Of a DNA stretch of 64,000 nt, positions 1 through 9,008 are shown piece after piece; the first letter of the stretch is position 1; each line of letters begins with the position of its first letter. The DNA lies in NCBI GenBank assembly GCA_036261625.1, contig DATAKL010000044.1:72352-136351 (forward strand), read 5' to 3'. A program made the position numbers and the translations under genes. The notes below the pieces were generated by a model. That model saw nothing but the letters and a program-made list of their open reading frames with translations, was not told the DNA's origin and searched no databases. The DNA is from Ignavibacteriales bacterium (GTDB lineage: Bacteria; Bacteroidota; Ignavibacteria; Ignavibacteriales; SURF-24).

Positions 1-24
1 TAATGTTATTTTATAAATATTTAG

Positions 25-108
25 TGCGAGAACGGGGACTCGAACCCCGACACCGGTTAGGTACTAGATCCTAAGTCTAGCGCGTCTACCAAATTCCGCC
101 ATTCTCGC
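25..108 (-). tRNA. tRNA-Leu (anticodon UAG)
   Basis: The reverse complement folds as a class II tRNA. Acceptor stem is GCGAGAA/TTCTCGC. Anticodon stem is CTAGA/TCTAG with loop CT-TAG-GA. It has a long variable arm, T-arm CGGGG-TTCGAGT-CCCCG and discriminator A. No CCA is encoded. Confidence 0.9.
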
Positions 109-380
109 AAAGAAGAAAGAAAATGCTTGCTTTTTCATCCCATGGCGGCTGTTTAAGCAAGATATCAAGTAACCGCCAAAAATGAAAGACCAAAATATAC
201 GAAGAATTTGCCGAAAAAACACAATAAAATCGGAACTAAATATTAAAACTGTTTTTTCTTAAGGCCCTATAACGGGTGAAAATTTTAAGAGATTTATTTG
301 TACTTTATTTTGCCAAATGCAGAATTTTAGCATATATTATGATAAAATTTCGGAGTCGTCAGGTGAAAGTACTCTCATAT

Positions 381-884
381 ATGGTCGAAGCCCACATTTT
401 CAGGGAAGTGGACAATAAACTGGAGTTTCTGCTCTTAAAGCGCTCCGAAATGGAGATATTCCCGGGATTGTGGCAGATGGTTACAGGGTCTATTGACCAG
501 GGTGAAAAGGCTTTTGAAACGGCGTTCAGGGAAATAAGCGAGGAAACCGGACTCACACCGGAAAAATTGTGGCTCGTTCCCTATATAAATTCATTTTATT
601 CCTGGAGGCGGAACCATATCTGCATGGTGCCTGTATTTGTTGCCATGGTAAAGAACGATACCCCGGTAAGAATATCCCATGAGCATTCTGAATTCCAGTG
701 GGTAACGAGGGAAAAGGCGCTTGAGCTTCTGGCCTGGCCGGGGCAGAAGACTTCTGTTGATATTATCTGCGAATATTTTACCAAAGACCACAGCTTTCTC
801 TACTTCGAGGAGATAAGCATGAAAAGGTTTAAAGACAGGAATTTCCATCCTGCAAACAGAACCCCTCAGGCGGGGCTTAAGTAA
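381..884 (+). CDS. NUDIX hydrolase
   Basis: Nudix box GSIDQGEKAFETAFREISEETGL (GX5EX7REUXEEXGU). The ORF track opens at 276, but the conserved fold begins near MVEAHIF (ATG 381). ATG 339 and 276 are alternative starts. Confidence 0.8.
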   Translation: MVEAHIFREVDNKLEFLLLKRSEMEIFPGLWQMVTGSIDQGEKAFETAFREISEETGLTPEKLWLVPYINSFYSWRRNHICMVPVFVAMVKNDTPVRISHEHSEFQWVTREKALELLAWPGQKTSVDIICEYFTKDHSFLYFEEISMKRFKDRNFHPANRTPQAGLK

Positions 885-1069
885 GCCCGGGGCAAACTTT
901 TAAGAATCCTTTTGCCTCTTTCCTGCCCCCGCACGCACAGCATAAAGAATGCCTTATCAGTTCCGACAGAAGAAAGTTTCCCTTAAGGGGGGCTCGGTTT
1001 TTTGTTTCATTTCATTAAAGAATAGCTTAGTTTTGCACAATATCAAAATATAAAACAGGGAGTAAGTAA

Positions 1070-1987
1070 GTGGGTTTATTAATAGTCGGATCTATTGCAC
1101 TCGATACAGTTGCAACACCTTTTGACAGAATTGACAATGCACTTGGAGGTTCAGCTGTTTACGTTTCCTTGGCAGCCAGCTACTTTAGCGGACCTGTCTA
1201 TATGGTTGGTGTGGTTGGAGAGGATTTTGATAAGGAGCATATAAGGCTTCTTGAGGATCACCACATCGATCTTGAAGGTCTTAAGGTTGTAGAAGGAGGA
1301 AAGACTTTCCGCTGGTCCGGGAAGTATCACTACGACCTTAACGTGCGCGACACACTTCTGACAGAGCTGAATGTTTTTGCAGCTTTTGACCCGGTAATTC
1401 CGGAAAAATACAGAAAATCCAGGTTTGTACTGCTTGGTAATATTGATCCTGAATTGCAGCTTAAAGTGTTGGACCAGATGGAAAACCCGGGTTTTGTCAT
1501 ATGCGACACGATGAATTTCTGGATCGAAGGCAAAAAAGCCGAGCTTATGGAAGTGCTCAAGAAGGTCCACGTCCTCATTATAAATGATTCCGAAGCCCGC
1601 CTGCTAGCACAGGAACCGAACCTGATTAAAGCAGCCCGCATGATCAGAGCCATGGGTCCGGAGTACCTGATAATCAAAAAAGGGGAGCACGGTGCACTCC
1701 TGTTTTCTGATGATACCGTATTCTCAGCCCCTGCTTATCCGCTCGAGAACATTTACGACCCGACAGGTGCAGGCGATTCCTTTGCCGGCGGTTTCGTTGG
1801 CTACCTGCACAAGACACAGGACATTGGAATTGAAAACCTCAAGCGTGCGGTTGTCTTTGGAAGCGCAATGGCATCTTTCTGTGTTGAAAAATTCTCTACA
1901 AAGGGCCTGGAAAATCTGACATACCTTCAGGTACACGACAGGTTCAGAGAATTCCTTAAACTTTCAAAAGTTGACGACGAAGACTAA
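1070..1987 (+). CDS. PfkB-family carbohydrate/nucleoside kinase
   Basis: Ribokinase-superfamily C-terminal motif DPTGAGDSFAGGF and N-terminal GGSAVYVS region. GTG start. The stop lies 1 nt before the mtnA ATG. Confidence 0.8.
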   Translation: MGLLIVGSIALDTVATPFDRIDNALGGSAVYVSLAASYFSGPVYMVGVVGEDFDKEHIRLLEDHHIDLEGLKVVEGGKTFRWSGKYHYDLNVRDTLLTELNVFAAFDPVIPEKYRKSRFVLLGNIDPELQLKVLDQMENPGFVICDTMNFWIEGKKAELMEVLKKVHVLIINDSEARLLAQEPNLIKAARMIRAMGPEYLIIKKGEHGALLFSDDTVFSAPAYPLENIYDPTGAGDSFAGGFVGYLHKTQDIGIENLKRAVVFGSAMASFCVEKFSTKGLENLTYLQVHDRFREFLKLSKVDDED

Positions 1988-1988
1988 A

Positions 1989-2996
1989 ATGACAGGCATG
2001 AACTTCCGGACAGTTGAATTTAGCGATGACCATCTGATCTTCTTAGATCAGACGAAACTGCCGCTTATTGAAGAGTACGTCAGAACCGACAGCTATGAAA
2101 GAGTTGCCGGGGCAATCGAACGCCTTGAAGTAAGGGGCGCCCCGGCCATTGGCGTTGCTGCAGCATATGCCCTGGCCTTAAGTGTCAAGGGGAAAACTGA
2201 AGGCCTGGAGGATACATTTGAAAAGGCAAGAAAAAGGCTTGCCTCCACCAGGCCCACAGCGGTTAACCTTTTCTGGGCACTAAACGAAATTGACGAAGTC
2301 TTTAAGTCTATAAAGGGCAGAAGTGATGTTTATTCATGTCTTATCAGTAAAGCCCGGGAGATCCACCAGGATGATATTGAAAAGTGCGACGCCATCGCCC
2401 GAAACGGACTTCAGGTTTTCAAGGCAGGCTCTGTAGTCTTAACCCACTGCAACGCAGGCGCCCTTGCAACGGGCGGCAGCGGTACGGCACTTAATGTCAT
2501 TAAGGCGGGCTTTGACAATGGCCTTGTGAAATTTGTCTATTCCGATGAAACCAGGCCGCTATTCCAGGGATCCAGGCTTACTGCATTTGAATTAAGCAAA
2601 AACAATATTCCTTTTGCAATTAATACAGATTCCACGGCGGCATTTCTTATGCAGCAGAAGAAAATTGACCTCGTCATCACCGGCGCAGACAGGATTGCCT
2701 TAAACGGAGATACAGCCAACAAAATAGGAACCTATAATTTGGCTGTACTATGTTCTTATCATAATATACCTTTTTATATAGCTGCTCCCGAGACTACAGT
2801 TGACCGCAATTGCCTTAGTGGCAGCTCGATAAAGATCGAACTCAGACCAAAGGGTGAAGTTACGGTTTTTAAGGATGCCCGGATTACCTCGGATGAATAC
2901 GGGGTTTACTCTCCGGCTTTTGATGTGACCCCTGCGGAACTGATTTCGGGTATAATTACAGATAAGAAGCTTTATAAACCTCCTTACAATTTTTAA
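1989..2996 (+). CDS. mtnA: S-methyl-5-thioribose-1-phosphate isomerase (eIF-2B alpha/beta/delta family)
   Basis: Family motifs VRGAPAIGV, THCNAGALAT and GADRIALNGDTANKIGTY. I take ATG 1989 (MTGMNFRTVEF), just after the upstream stop at 1985-1987, rather than the ORF-track start at 1971. Confidence 0.85.
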   Translation: MTGMNFRTVEFSDDHLIFLDQTKLPLIEEYVRTDSYERVAGAIERLEVRGAPAIGVAAAYALALSVKGKTEGLEDTFEKARKRLASTRPTAVNLFWALNEIDEVFKSIKGRSDVYSCLISKAREIHQDDIEKCDAIARNGLQVFKAGSVVLTHCNAGALATGGSGTALNVIKAGFDNGLVKFVYSDETRPLFQGSRLTAFELSKNNIPFAINTDSTAAFLMQQKKIDLVITGADRIALNGDTANKIGTYNLAVLCSYHNIPFYIAAPETTVDRNCLSGSSIKIELRPKGEVTVFKDARITSDEYGVYSPAFDVTPAELISGIITDKKLYKPPYNF

Positions 2997-3736
2997 TGTC
3001 TGAAATAATCAAAACTGAAGCGGTAGTTCTCAGTAAAATGAACTACCGTGAAAGCAGTACAATTGCCTCTTTTTATACAAAAGACCTGGGCAGGATTTCA
3101 GGTATCATCAAGGGCGCACGCTCCCTGAAATCGCCCATAGGGCATAAAATAGATCTGTTTAATCACCTTCAGATTGTCCTCTATAAGAAAACCGGCCGTG
3201 AGATTCAGCTCGTAAGCCAGGCTGAAATTATCTCTTACTACCCCAGGATAAAGGAAGATCTCTTAAAGCTCAAGTACGCTTCTGCCGTTTTGGAACTCAT
3301 GCAGGCCATGACGCCTGAGGAAGAGACGCATGAAAAACTTTTCCGCGGCGTTATTAGAATCCTTAACCTTTTTGAATCATCCAACAGAAAACCGGGAGTA
3401 CTGCTCATAAGGTTTATCGTCTTCCTTCTGAAGGAAAGCGGCTTTGAGATACAGTTCGACCGGTGCAGCATCTGCGGCCGTGAGATCAGGCCGGAGGAGA
3501 AAAAGTTCTATTTTAACTTTGAGAGGGGAATAATCTGCTCCTCATGCAGTCATGATGTGGCGGGTTCACTTCCTCTTTCGCCGGAACTTTTTCAATTTAT
3601 TACTGGTCTAAATGACATAAGGAACGAGGATAAAATAGACTCCGGGGAAGCCGAGAAAATACTGAATTTTCTGGAAAAATATCTGAAGTACCACGTTCCT
3701 GAATTCAAGGGGATAAAATCAATTCACTTGTTTTAG
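2996..3736 (+). CDS. recO: DNA repair protein RecO
   Basis: Typical RecO N-terminal OB region (TEAVVLSKMNYRESSTIASFYTKDLGRISGIIKGARS) and zinc-finger CSICG...CSSC. The ATG overlaps the mtnA stop (TAATG). Confidence 0.85.
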   Translation: MSEIIKTEAVVLSKMNYRESSTIASFYTKDLGRISGIIKGARSLKSPIGHKIDLFNHLQIVLYKKTGREIQLVSQAEIISYYPRIKEDLLKLKYASAVLELMQAMTPEEETHEKLFRGVIRILNLFESSNRKPGVLLIRFIVFLLKESGFEIQFDRCSICGREIRPEEKKFYFNFERGIICSSCSHDVAGSLPLSPELFQFITGLNDIRNEDKIDSGEAEKILNFLEKYLKYHVPEFKGIKSIHLF

Positions 3737-3796
3737 TTCCAATAATTTTAGATCATACAAATATAGTATTAACAGGACAATCAGGAGGTTTTTTAA

Positions 3797-5290
3797 ATGA
3801 AAAACAGAAATTTGTTCGGTACTGTTGCATTGGTGGTAATTGGGGTGATCTTTGGGGCAGTTCTGGTTTCGGGGTTCGGATGGGTAAGACCAAGTTTAGC
3901 TGATATAACGATAGGAGCAAAAAATCCGCCGATTACAGACGTTGATGTTAATGCATTCAGCAAAGCATTCATTGAAGTTGCCAATAAGGTAACCCCCTCA
4001 ATAGTAAAAGTTACAGTTGTTTCAGAAACAAAAGGAAATCCGCACGAGGATCTTCCGTTTTTCTTCCCGTTCAAGGATGATGTTCCAAGGAAGGAAATGG
4101 GCTCAGGAAGCGGTGTCATTATTTCTGATGACGGATATATACTTACAAATAATCACGTGGTTGAAAACGCTACAAAAGTTGAGGTGAGCCTTTTCGACAG
4201 GCGCAACTTCGACGCCAAGGTCGTAGGAACAGACCCTCAGACAGATCTTGCGGTCATTAAAATTGATGCCTCCGGGCTTCCGGCGGCATATCTTGGCAAT
4301 TCGGATAATGTACAGGTCGGCCAGTGGGTAATGGCAATCGGCAACCCCCTTTCACTTGCCTCTACGGTTACAGCCGGAATCATCAGCGCCAAGGGAAGAA
4401 ACATAGGCATTATACGCGACAACTCGGGAGGAGGAATTGAGGATTTTCTGCAGACTGATGCCGTTATTAACCCGGGCAACAGCGGCGGGGCTCTTGTGGA
4501 TCTCTCGGGAGGCGTGATCGGCATTAACTCAGCCATTGCCACCTCGGGCATGACCAACAGCTACATAGGATACGGCTTTGCTATTCCAATTAACCTGGCA
4601 AAGAACGTCTCCAAAGAACTTATTGCCACGGGTAAAGTTAACCGCGGCTACATCGGAGTCCAGATAACCCCGGTTGACCCTGACCTGGCAAGGGCAGTAG
4701 GTCTCGATAAAGCACGCGGCATAATGGTTCAGGCTCTGACAAAGGGCGGAGCTGCCGAGAAGGCAGACATAAAAGAGCAGGACGTGATACTTAAAGTTGA
4801 CGGCCGCGATGTAAATGAGCCAGGTGAACTTCAGAGCTACGTTGCCTCCAAGAGCGCAGGCGACAAGGTTACGCTTACCATCTGGCGCGACGGCAAACAG
4901 ATCGAACGTACCGTTACACTCAAGTCAAGGGATGTCAGCGGCAAGGTTGAACCCGCTTCCGAAGGGAGTACCTCGGAAAATCCAAGGAAAGGACCTGCCA
5001 GCAGCATGACCTTTGACAATATAGGCCTGACTGTAAGGGATATGACATCTGATGAAAGAGATGCTTACAAGACAAATACAGGTGTAATGATACAGGACGT
5101 CAAGGAACTCAGCCCTGCATACAACCAGAACCTTGGAAAAGGGCTGGTTATAACACAGGTCGACAAGAAGAACATAAATTCTGTAAGCGACTTTGAAAAG
5201 GCAATTAAGGATAAAAAAGGGAAGGCAGTGCTCATGAAGGTAATCGACGGGCAGGGCAATGCACGATACGTGGGCCTTTCAATTCCTTGA
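3797..5290 (+). CDS. htrA: Periplasmic serine endoprotease, HtrA/DegP/DegQ family with PDZ domains
   Basis: N-terminal TM/signal segment. Catalytic triad context TNNHVV, DLAVIKI and GNSGGAL. Two C-terminal PDZ-like regions. AGGAGG RBS upstream of the ATG. Confidence 0.9.
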   Translation: MKNRNLFGTVALVVIGVIFGAVLVSGFGWVRPSLADITIGAKNPPITDVDVNAFSKAFIEVANKVTPSIVKVTVVSETKGNPHEDLPFFFPFKDDVPRKEMGSGSGVIISDDGYILTNNHVVENATKVEVSLFDRRNFDAKVVGTDPQTDLAVIKIDASGLPAAYLGNSDNVQVGQWVMAIGNPLSLASTVTAGIISAKGRNIGIIRDNSGGGIEDFLQTDAVINPGNSGGALVDLSGGVIGINSAIATSGMTNSYIGYGFAIPINLAKNVSKELIATGKVNRGYIGVQITPVDPDLARAVGLDKARGIMVQALTKGGAAEKADIKEQDVILKVDGRDVNEPGELQSYVASKSAGDKVTLTIWRDGKQIERTVTLKSRDVSGKVEPASEGSTSENPRKGPASSMTFDNIGLTVRDMTSDERDAYKTNTGVMIQDVKELSPAYNQNLGKGLVITQVDKKNINSVSDFEKAIKDKKGKAVLMKVIDGQGNARYVGLSIP

Positions 5291-5314
5291 AAATAAATAA
5301 AAAAAATGCGATAA

Positions 5315-5343
5315 AGCGTCCCGAATGTGGGGCGCTTTTTTTA
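5315..5343 (+). terminator. Rho-independent terminator after htrA
   Basis: Stem AGCGTCCC / GGGGCGCT (one G-U pair), 6-nt loop, followed by a T-run. Confidence 0.75.
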
Positions 5344-5375
5344 TATTTAAAGGTCAAAGAATAAAGGATTTTGTA

Positions 5376-6587
5376 ATGATCAGGTTTTTAACTTCCGGCG
5401 AGTCTCACGGCAAAGCTTTAACCACTATAGTTGAAGGCTTTCCCTCAAACCTTGAAATTGAAATTGAATACATAAACTATCACCTGAAGCGCCGCATGAT
5501 GGGCTACGGCAGAGGCGGGCGCATGAAGATTGAAACCGATGAGGCTGAAATACTCTCCGGTATTAGATTCGGGAAAACCATGGGAAGCCCCGTTGCAATT
5601 ATGATTTCAAACCGGGACTGGAAGAACTGGACTGAAAAGATGTCTTCGGCTAAGACGGAGACTGAGACAGAGAGGATAAGTGTTCCCCGTCCGGGCCACG
5701 CTGACCTGGTCGGGACACAGAAGTACGGATTTAACGACATCAGGAATTCCATCGAACGCTCGAGCGCAAGGGAAACAGCTTCCCGCGTTGCGGCCTGCTC
5801 TGTGGCTAGAAAATTCCTTGAGGAGTTCGGTATAAAAATCGGAAGCTATGTCGAGAGCATCGGCGGCATCTTCCCCAAAGACCCCTTCAAGGAGAAACTC
5901 TTCTTAAATGACCTGCCGGAGGATTTCGACGGCTGGAATCTCTCGCTTGCCTCCGATAAAAGCGAAGTGCGTGTGCTGGAACTGGAACAGGAAGAAAAAA
6001 TAAAAACAAGAATTCAGGAAACGAAGAAAAAGGGGGATACCTTAGGTGGCACTTTCCTTGTCGTTGCCACAGGGGTACCTTCCGGCCTGGGAAGCTTTGT
6101 GCATTACGACAGAAAACTCAGCACGGAGCTCTCGCAGTCCATTATGTCGATTAACGCTGTCAAGGCCATTGAGGTCGGCGACGGGTTCAGGAGCGCAGAA
6201 GTCTTCGGCTCCGAATTCCATGACGAGATTACCTTTTCAGGTGACCAGTTTTCCAGGAAAACCAACAGGGCGGGAGGAATTGAAGGCGGCATCTCGACCG
6301 GGCTTCCGATAATTCTAAGAGGAGCAATGAAGCCGATTGCCACACTGATGTCACCCATCGGAACCGTGGATCTTTCGACCATGCAGGCAGTTGAGGCAAG
6401 GCGCGAAAGAAGCGACTTTACAGCTGTGCCGGCCTGTGCTGTTATTGCTGAATCCATGATGGCATGGTCGCTGGCGAAATTCTTCCTGGAGAAGTTCGGC
6501 GGGGATTCATTGGAAGAAACAAAAGAAAACTTTGAGAATTACAGGAACAGGAATTTTTTGAGAACAAAAGAAAATTTTTCAAAATAA
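5376..6587 (+). CDS. aroC: Chorismate synthase
   Basis: MIRFLTSGESHGKAL N-terminus, plus GRGGRMKIETD and RPGHADL motifs. Start moved to ATG 5376, because the ORF-track start at 5325 lies inside the htrA terminator. Confidence 0.9.
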   Translation: MIRFLTSGESHGKALTTIVEGFPSNLEIEIEYINYHLKRRMMGYGRGGRMKIETDEAEILSGIRFGKTMGSPVAIMISNRDWKNWTEKMSSAKTETETERISVPRPGHADLVGTQKYGFNDIRNSIERSSARETASRVAACSVARKFLEEFGIKIGSYVESIGGIFPKDPFKEKLFLNDLPEDFDGWNLSLASDKSEVRVLELEQEEKIKTRIQETKKKGDTLGGTFLVVATGVPSGLGSFVHYDRKLSTELSQSIMSINAVKAIEVGDGFRSAEVFGSEFHDEITFSGDQFSRKTNRAGGIEGGISTGLPIILRGAMKPIATLMSPIGTVDLSTMQAVEARRERSDFTAVPACAVIAESMMAWSLAKFFLEKFGGDSLEETKENFENYRNRNFLRTKENFSK

Positions 6588-6607
6588 ATTGAGACCCGTG
6601 AGTCTTT

Positions 6608-7249
6608 ATGCTGAAGGTAGACCGCTTTATTTTTAATGCTTTTGCTGAGAACACCTATATTGTTTCTGATGAAGTTTCAAAAGAATCAATTATCGTTGAT
6701 CCCGGAATGAGCAGCAGTTTTGAAAAAGAAGCAATCAGCTCTTTTCTTGAAGCACAGGGGCTCAGGCTTAAGGCATTTATAAATACACACTGCCACATAG
6801 ATCACATTCTGGGCAACCGCTTCTTAAAGGAAACTTACGACGCCCGGTTCCTTGCGGCAGAAGAGGACCTGTTTTTACTTGAACTGATGCTTTCGGAGGC
6901 AGGGAAGTTCGGCTTTCTTATGGAGCCTTCGCCTGAACCGGATGTCATTATAAAGGAAGATCTCTATTTTGAGCTTGGCGGCCGTGAGGTAAATTTCCTC
7001 TTTACACCGGGGCATTCACCAGGAGGCTATTGCCTCTACTTCAGGGAGGATGGTATCTGCCTTACGGGAGACGTCCTCTTCCATGGAGGAATCGGGAGAA
7101 CCGACCTCTGGGGAGGAAATTACGACAGCCTCATCAGCTCAATTGAGGAAAAACTCTTCAGGCTTCCTGATGATGTGGTAATTTATCCCGGGCACGGAGA
7201 GAAAAGTACGATAGGGTATGAAAAGACACATAATCCCTTTTTAACGTAA
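6608..7249 (+). CDS. MBL-fold metallo-hydrolase (glyoxalase II-like)
   Basis: Metal-binding motif THCHIDH, downstream TPGHSPG and the GDVLF..GIGRTD pattern of the hydroxyacylglutathione hydrolase-like family. Confidence 0.8.
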   Translation: MLKVDRFIFNAFAENTYIVSDEVSKESIIVDPGMSSSFEKEAISSFLEAQGLRLKAFINTHCHIDHILGNRFLKETYDARFLAAEEDLFLLELMLSEAGKFGFLMEPSPEPDVIIKEDLYFELGGREVNFLFTPGHSPGGYCLYFREDGICLTGDVLFHGGIGRTDLWGGNYDSLISSIEEKLFRLPDDVVIYPGHGEKSTIGYEKTHNPFLT

Positions 7250-7334
7250 TTTTATTTGACATAGAAACCTCGTTTCAATATATTCCGAAAAAGAATCTCA
7301 GGAATTCACACAATAAAGCGGAGACCGGGACTTA

Positions 7335-8096
7335 ATGAGTGAGTACTTTTCAGAAAAGAGAAACTTTAGAAAGTATGCCTTGTTTTCAGGATATGTTCTG
7401 ATTTACATCCTTCTTTTTGAATTTATAATTCCTGCAGGCAGTTTCCTGCCGAAACCGTCCCTGGTCCTGGAGTCTTTTTCATCTTTACAGGTACATTACG
7501 GCTTTCTTGTAAACGCCCTTTATACTGTTTCAGGGATTTACCTTTCCATGGTCCTGGCCTATGGGATTATTTTTCTTCTCAGGGTGCCCCTGCTTGGACT
7601 TCTTTTGAAGAGAAGGGATTTTCTTGACTCACTTGGGCTCTTTAAGTACTTTACAGCCATCTCCTTTATTACTCTTTATGTCTATTGGTTCCCTGTTTCG
7701 AACCTGTCTGAAATCTTATTTACGTTTTTAGTTTGTTTGATCTTTCTTATAAACACAGTTTCGCTTTCGGCAGCGGGTGTAAAACGCTCATACATTGAAC
7801 CCTTCATTGCCCTTAAGGCAGAAGATTCATTCCTGTATGGAAATGTTTACTGGAAAGGTATAAAGCCTGGTTTATTTGCCTCCTTCGAAAGGCTGAACCT
7901 TTATCTCTGGTCAATTGTACTTTTCTTTGAATTTGTAAAAGGCTATATGGGGCTCGGCAACATTTACAGACTTGCACTTTCCTTTAAGGATCTCTCGGCG
8001 CTTTTGGCAGCCTCAGTGCTTGTTGCCGTAATGATTGCGCTTGGTGAACTAATCATTAAGCTCTTAAACAGAAAACTTATAACCTGGGAGAGCTGA
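7335..8096 (+). CDS. Polytopic membrane protein, divergent NitT/TauT-type ABC permease-like
   Basis: About 6 hydrophobic segments. The N-terminal FLPKPSLVLESF pattern and overall layout resemble SsuC/TauC-type permeases. Immediately followed by an ABC ATPase-like gene 2 nt later. Confidence 0.55.
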   Translation: MSEYFSEKRNFRKYALFSGYVLIYILLFEFIIPAGSFLPKPSLVLESFSSLQVHYGFLVNALYTVSGIYLSMVLAYGIIFLLRVPLLGLLLKRRDFLDSLGLFKYFTAISFITLYVYWFPVSNLSEILFTFLVCLIFLINTVSLSAAGVKRSYIEPFIALKAEDSFLYGNVYWKGIKPGLFASFERLNLYLWSIVLFFEFVKGYMGLGNIYRLALSFKDLSALLAASVLVAVMIALGELIIKLLNRKLITWES

Positions 8097-8098
8097 TT

Positions 8099-8884
8099 TT
8101 GGAAGACAGTAAAATAAAAGAAAGCAGCTTTATACTTAAGGCAGAGTGTATCTCCCAGACTTATCTAAACGAGGCCGGCGCCTCCTTGAGCCTAATTCAA
8201 GGGACCTCTTTTGAAGTTCAGGAGGGGGAAGTAGTTACAATACTGGGTGCCGCATCTTCAGGCAAAAGTGCTCTTTTAAGAATCATTGCTGGAATTGAAA
8301 AGCCTACGGCAGGCACAGTCACCTTCGCTCAGTATAAGGACTTAAGAACCGATGCTGCATTTATACCTACTGAGCCGTCTTCACTTCCATGGTTAAGCGT
8401 CAGCGATAACATCAGGTTCGCAGTCAAAGGTGAAAAGGATCCCGATCAGGTCAACAGCAGGATAAAGGAAGTAATAGAGGCTGTTGGTCTAAACGGGTAT
8501 GAAAACCACATCCCGGCAAATAAAAGCGCCGGCTTCAGGTTCAGGATAGCACTCGCCCGTGCCCTGGCATCGGAGGCGAAGGTAATCTTAATTGATGACC
8601 CGTTCCGGGATCTTCTTCCTGAAAGGAAAATGAATTACTACAGGCTCATCAGGGAAGTTTCAGCTAAAATGGATTTTAGTATTCTATGGGCTACGGCTGA
8701 CATAACTGAAGCACTCCTAATATCCGACAGGATACTTCTTCTGGCAAAAGAGCCGGGGGGAACACCGGGAGCAATAGTAAAGGAGTTCCGGCTTGAAAAG
8801 GGGAGAATGCCCGCAGTTTCACTTCTGGCATCTAAAGAATATGCTGAAATCAGGCATAGCATTGAACAGTCTCTTTATTCATAA
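8099..8884 (+). CDS. ABC ATPase-like protein with degenerate catalytic motifs
   Basis: Walker A GAASSGKS is intact. The signature is KSAGFRFR instead of LSGGQ. Walker B is ILIDDPF (Asp replaces the catalytic Glu). The H-loop is ATAD instead of THD. TTG start. Confidence 0.7.
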   Translation: MEDSKIKESSFILKAECISQTYLNEAGASLSLIQGTSFEVQEGEVVTILGAASSGKSALLRIIAGIEKPTAGTVTFAQYKDLRTDAAFIPTEPSSLPWLSVSDNIRFAVKGEKDPDQVNSRIKEVIEAVGLNGYENHIPANKSAGFRFRIALARALASEAKVILIDDPFRDLLPERKMNYYRLIREVSAKMDFSILWATADITEALLISDRILLLAKEPGGTPGAIVKEFRLEKGRMPAVSLLASKEYAEIRHSIEQSLYS

Positions 8885-9008
8885 CCCCGGCTTAATACAG
8901 TATTTCGGCACACATACCCGGGCTATTTCTGCCATCCGGAGTTTTAGGGTAAAAAAACAGTATTATATTAAATTAATATTTTTATTTACGATAATCCGAA
9001 AGAGCGCA

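Noticed and set aside
885-1069. I looked for a SAM-type riboswitch upstream of the pfkB-mtnA methionine-salvage genes, and for ZTP/purine riboswitches upstream of purN-purH (21808-21960).
   Set aside because: I could recognise no conserved aptamer core (SAM-I/II, pfl/ZTP or purine). Only a GC hairpin, GCAGGGC-AGAG-GCCCTGC, lies after the TPR gene, and it has no T-run.
8793-9008. N-terminal extensions offered by the ORF track (8793 for the carboxyltransferase, 16307 for TPK, 59198 for cdaA, 5325 for aroC, 1971 for mtnA, 276 for NUDIX, 32298 for SDR, 36162 for the secreted protein).
   Set aside because: The extensions overlap upstream genes or terminators and add non-conserved sequence. Internal ATGs coincide with the conserved family N-termini.
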